A DNA stretch of 41,185 nucleotides from Bacteroidales bacterium. Lineage in GTDB: Bacteria > Bacteroidota > Bacteroidia > Bacteroidales > UBA7960. Every line of letters starts with the position of its first letter. Within the stretch, counting starts at the first letter, position 1. The translations under genes were made by a program, and so were the position numbers. The notes under the pieces were generated by a model. It searched no databases. It was not told the origin of the DNA and saw only the letters and a program-made list of their open reading frames with translations. The DNA lies in the NCBI GenBank assembly GCA_007123065.1, contig SKSI01000099.1, forward strand, positions 1 through 41,185, in the 5' to 3' direction. Below, piece after piece: positions 38,384 to 41,185 of the stretch.

Positions 38384-38914
38384 TTATAAAAGATTAATTA
38401 ATTCTATTTTGTAAACCAGACTGGCACGTCGTGGAATTTTATTACCGTCACCAGGTACTCCGTAAGCCAGATGTGATGGAAGGACGAAGGTAGCTTGATC
38501 ACCTTCTCGCATCATCAATATCCCTTCTTCTATACCGCTTTCAATACCCCCTCTGCCAACTGTAAATACTTTTGTTCCCAGGTTCTCTGACGAATAAACC
38601 GGATCACCTGTAATCAGGTAGATGGCATACCTGATCTCTGCCCTGTCGCCATATGAAGCCTTTGGTCCGTAACCCAGACGCTCAATACTGTAACGCAACC
38701 CACTGCCGCTCCTGTTCATTTCCCAGCCATATCTTTCAATAAAATCATCAATAGCCTCCTCCTCCAGATCGATCAGGTATATGTTGCTCTCAACAAAAGC
38801 TTCGTGAACTGACGAATGGTCAGGTAAAGGTTGCTTATCCACCTTACTTTGACAGCCCTGCAGGATAAAAAGCAGACCCAACATAATGGTTGAATACATC
38901 AAATACCTGAACAT
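38384..38914 (-). CDS. GldI-like FKBP-type PPIase lipoprotein
   Basis: Lipobox LQGC; SGSGLRY, GIEEGI.MM.EG and PSHLAYG..GDG.KIP; follows the DHH gene as in other Bacteroidetes. Confidence 0.82.
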   Translation of the reverse strand: MFRYLMYSTIMLGLLFILQGCQSKVDKQPLPDHSSVHEAFVESNIYLIDLEEEAIDDFIERYGWEMNRSGSGLRYSIERLGYGPKASYGDRAEIRYAIYLITGDPVYSSENLGTKVFTVGRGGIESGIEEGILMMREGDQATFVLPSHLAYGVPGDGNKIPRRASLVYKIELINLL

Positions 38915-38915
38915 A

Positions 38916-39926
38916 TTATTTATGTGCTCCTTTCTTTACCAATGCTTCAAAATGCATTAATGCTTCTTCCATACCAAAATAGACCTTACCTCCGGCAGCA
39001 TTCTGATGACCGCCACCTTCATAATGCAATCTGGCAAATAAATTGACATTGACTTCGCCGGCTGATCTGAAAGAAGCCTTTATATGGTCGTCATTCTCTA
39101 TAAACATTGCTGCCAGGTTGACCCCTTTGAGACTCAAAGCATAATTAACAATTCCCTCGGTATCGCCTTCCTTATGATTAAAACCGGCAAGCTCCTGTTT
39201 TGTCAAACCAATATAAGCCGCCTGGTGTCCATCAATAACCTTTAATTTTTCACTGAGACAATAACCCAGCAAACGCATTCGGTCAAGACTGTAGGTACTG
39301 TAAATCAGACGTTGTATTGCAGCTCCGTCAATCCCCAGACGCATCAGTTCAGCAACGATATCATACGTACGCGGATTGTTGCAGGAAAAGCTAAATGAAC
39401 CTGTATCAGTAACAATAGCTGCATATAAACATTCAGCAATACTTTGATCGATAAGATCTTTCAATCCAAGGGATTCAATCGCTTCATAAACCAGTTCAGC
39501 AGTACTGCTTGCTGACGGGTCTGAAAAAACAAGATCGAATCCGGCTTCAGGAGAAGGATGATGGTCAACCATCACTTTAAATGCATTGCTTTTCTTAAGA
39601 TGTTTGGCAAGTTGATCGGTACGGCTAAAACCGTTAAAGTCAAGACAAAACAACAACTGCGCTTTTTTTATTGCTTCATTTGCCGCTTGTTCAGATTTTT
39701 TTGCAATGATCACCTGTTCATTATATGGCATCCAATGCAGGAAGGCAGCATAAGAATTTGGGGCAACAACCTGCAAGTCTTCAAAACCTATCTTTTTCAT
39801 CAGACCATACAACGCCAAAGCAGAACCAATGGCATCACCATCCGGATTGGTATGCACAACGATACAAACGGATTGATGTACATCATCAAAAATATTGCGC
39901 AATCTGCTTATGAGCAAGGGATCCAA
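38916..39926 (-). CDS. nrnA: DHH/DHHA1 family phosphoesterase (NrnA-like)
   Basis: HTNPDGDAIGS, DHH, TDTGSF, SFRS and GGGHQNAAG; TACCTTTG element at 39956-39963. Confidence 0.9.
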   Translation of the reverse strand: MDPLLISRLRNIFDDVHQSVCIVVHTNPDGDAIGSALALYGLMKKIGFEDLQVVAPNSYAAFLHWMPYNEQVIIAKKSEQAANEAIKKAQLLFCLDFNGFSRTDQLAKHLKKSNAFKVMVDHHPSPEAGFDLVFSDPSASSTAELVYEAIESLGLKDLIDQSIAECLYAAIVTDTGSFSFSCNNPRTYDIVAELMRLGIDGAAIQRLIYSTYSLDRMRLLGYCLSEKLKVIDGHQAAYIGLTKQELAGFNHKEGDTEGIVNYALSLKGVNLAAMFIENDDHIKASFRSAGEVNVNLFARLHYEGGGHQNAAGGKVYFGMEEALMHFEALVKKGAHK

Positions 39927-40064
39927 AATTCTGTTTCTTTTACTTTTCTAAATAACAAAGGTAAAAAAAATGCCCTGAACTTGCCGGTTAAACGAATTTT
40001 ATTATTAATATTGATATTCAGGACTGAAATAATTTTCAATCTGATCAATTCATAAGGTTTCAAA

Positions 40065-40484
40065 ATGAAAGGGAATATTACGCTCACACTGATTAAGCCG
40101 TATGCCGTACAACACGGCTATGTTGGCTCAATACTCGCAAAGATCAATGAAGCATCTTTCCGCATATCAGCAATGAAATACCTCCAAATGAACAAAAAAC
40201 AGGCAGAGCAATTTTATGCAATCCATAAAGGCAAGCCGTATTTTGAAAAACTGGTCCGGTTTATTACCGATGGTCCACTGGTAGTGGCACTTCTGGAACG
40301 AGAGAACGCTGTAGAAATATATAGAAAGCTTATTGGTGCCACCGATCCTAAAATAGCCGCAGAAGGCACGCTGAGAAAGCTATTTGGGGCATCAATAGAG
40401 CTCAATGCAGTACACGGGTCCGATTCTGATGAAAACGCAGTATGGGAGGCCAATTTTTTCTTTTCAGAAATGGAAAGATTCTAA
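40065..40484 (+). CDS. ndk: Nucleoside diphosphate kinase
   Basis: TL.LIKP, GATDP, GTLR and NAVHGSDS (catalytic His). Confidence 0.96.
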   Translation: MKGNITLTLIKPYAVQHGYVGSILAKINEASFRISAMKYLQMNKKQAEQFYAIHKGKPYFEKLVRFITDGPLVVALLERENAVEIYRKLIGATDPKIAAEGTLRKLFGASIELNAVHGSDSDENAVWEANFFFSEMERF

Positions 40485-40945
40485 GCATAAGGGTTCTGAG
40501 AAGGCTTGTATTCCAAAAATGTTCCGTCAGATTGCAGAACGATAACCTTCACCGCCTTGGATGGTATTATTTCATTCCGTTTTTCATATTCAGTTGTCGA
40601 TTTGTGTTTAGAAATAGCTGAAGATCTGTTTTCTTCAATCAACTCCTCGCTTTTAAAATCAACATCATGCCCTTTATTATCCTCCTGATTTGGATTTTCG
40701 ATATCCTCCTTCATGGTATCAAATAGAGAATACTCGCCTGATTTAAAAAAACCCTTACCTAAAACCAACCAATCAACAGGAATATCAGGAAAAGCATCCA
40801 AAATTTTTTGTATAACCTCCAAACTTGGCTTATTGCGTTCGGAAAGAATGTGAGATATCGTAGATCTAGGTACGCCAATGCGATCTGCAAAACGTGAAGG
40901 AGAAATTCCTTTCTCTTCAATTATACGCCTGATCCGTGAAACCAT
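40481..40945 (-). CDS. XRE-family HTH transcriptional regulator
   Basis: FADRIGVPRSTISHILS.RNKPSL, WLVLGKG and C-terminal VIVLQSDGTF.EY. Confidence 0.88.
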   Translation of the reverse strand: MVSRIRRIIEEKGISPSRFADRIGVPRSTISHILSERNKPSLEVIQKILDAFPDIPVDWLVLGKGFFKSGEYSLFDTMKEDIENPNQEDNKGHDVDFKSEELIEENRSSAISKHKSTTEYEKRNEIIPSKAVKVIVLQSDGTFLEYKPSQNPYA

Positions 40946-41185
40946 TTTTATTTTTTTGAGAATTTACATATGTGTAAAGGTAAAAAATATATTGCATAAA
41001 CAATTTTAAAAACAACCAAAAGTTTACTATTTACATTTGTATACTATTGTTTTATTTAAATTATTACTTTAATTATTATATATATTATTCTCTATTATGG
41101 TATTTTATATTATTTTTTGATACTCAGGATCAGAAAACCAATAAAACACGATTTATTTAAATAAATAGTTTAGTTATAATTCATA

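Noticed and set aside
40065-40484. NDK IKPY instead of IKPD
   Set aside because: A single substitution with the catalytic NAVHGSDS motif intact is not enough to claim altered function.

Overview
Chromosomal segment of an anaerobic Bacteroidota, probably Bacteroidales-like. The assignment rests on TAnnTTTG -7 promoter elements, a DUF2795 gene, a Bacteroidetes-type SecA, a split 5'-nucleotidase and a DHH-GldI-FKBP cluster. Housekeeping genes (secA, smpB, ctpA, ribD, dnaA, lgt, ndk, FKBP PPIases) flank a ~17 kb [FeFe]-hydrogenase/redox-signalling region (11.1-28.2 kb). From a divergent promoter with candidate Rex operators, one arm encodes HydC, HydB, HydA, a group C sensory hydrogenase fused to a histidine kinase, a single-domain receiver, a REC-HK hybrid, Rex, an FAD synthetase with a degenerate kinase domain and an MBL hydrolase. 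That arm continues with hydG, two TM1266-type ACT proteins, Rrf2 and ZupT. The other arm encodes an HfsA-like ferredoxin, a PAS-linked HydS/HfsB and a PP2C phosphatase. Three observations stand out. The PAS-linked HydS has lost two Fe-S cysteine ligands, one of them in the H-cluster P3 motif. HydB and HydA keep all Fe-S cysteines but have heavily remodelled FMN/NADH-pocket and diiron-pocket motifs. The phosphorelay has no DNA-binding output. Together these suggest, by inference, a signalling-specialised 'pseudo-enzyme' hydrogenase complex rather than an ordinary bifurcating enzyme. No rRNA, tRNA, CRISPR array or mobile element was recognised. All calls come from motif reading by eye, with no database searches.
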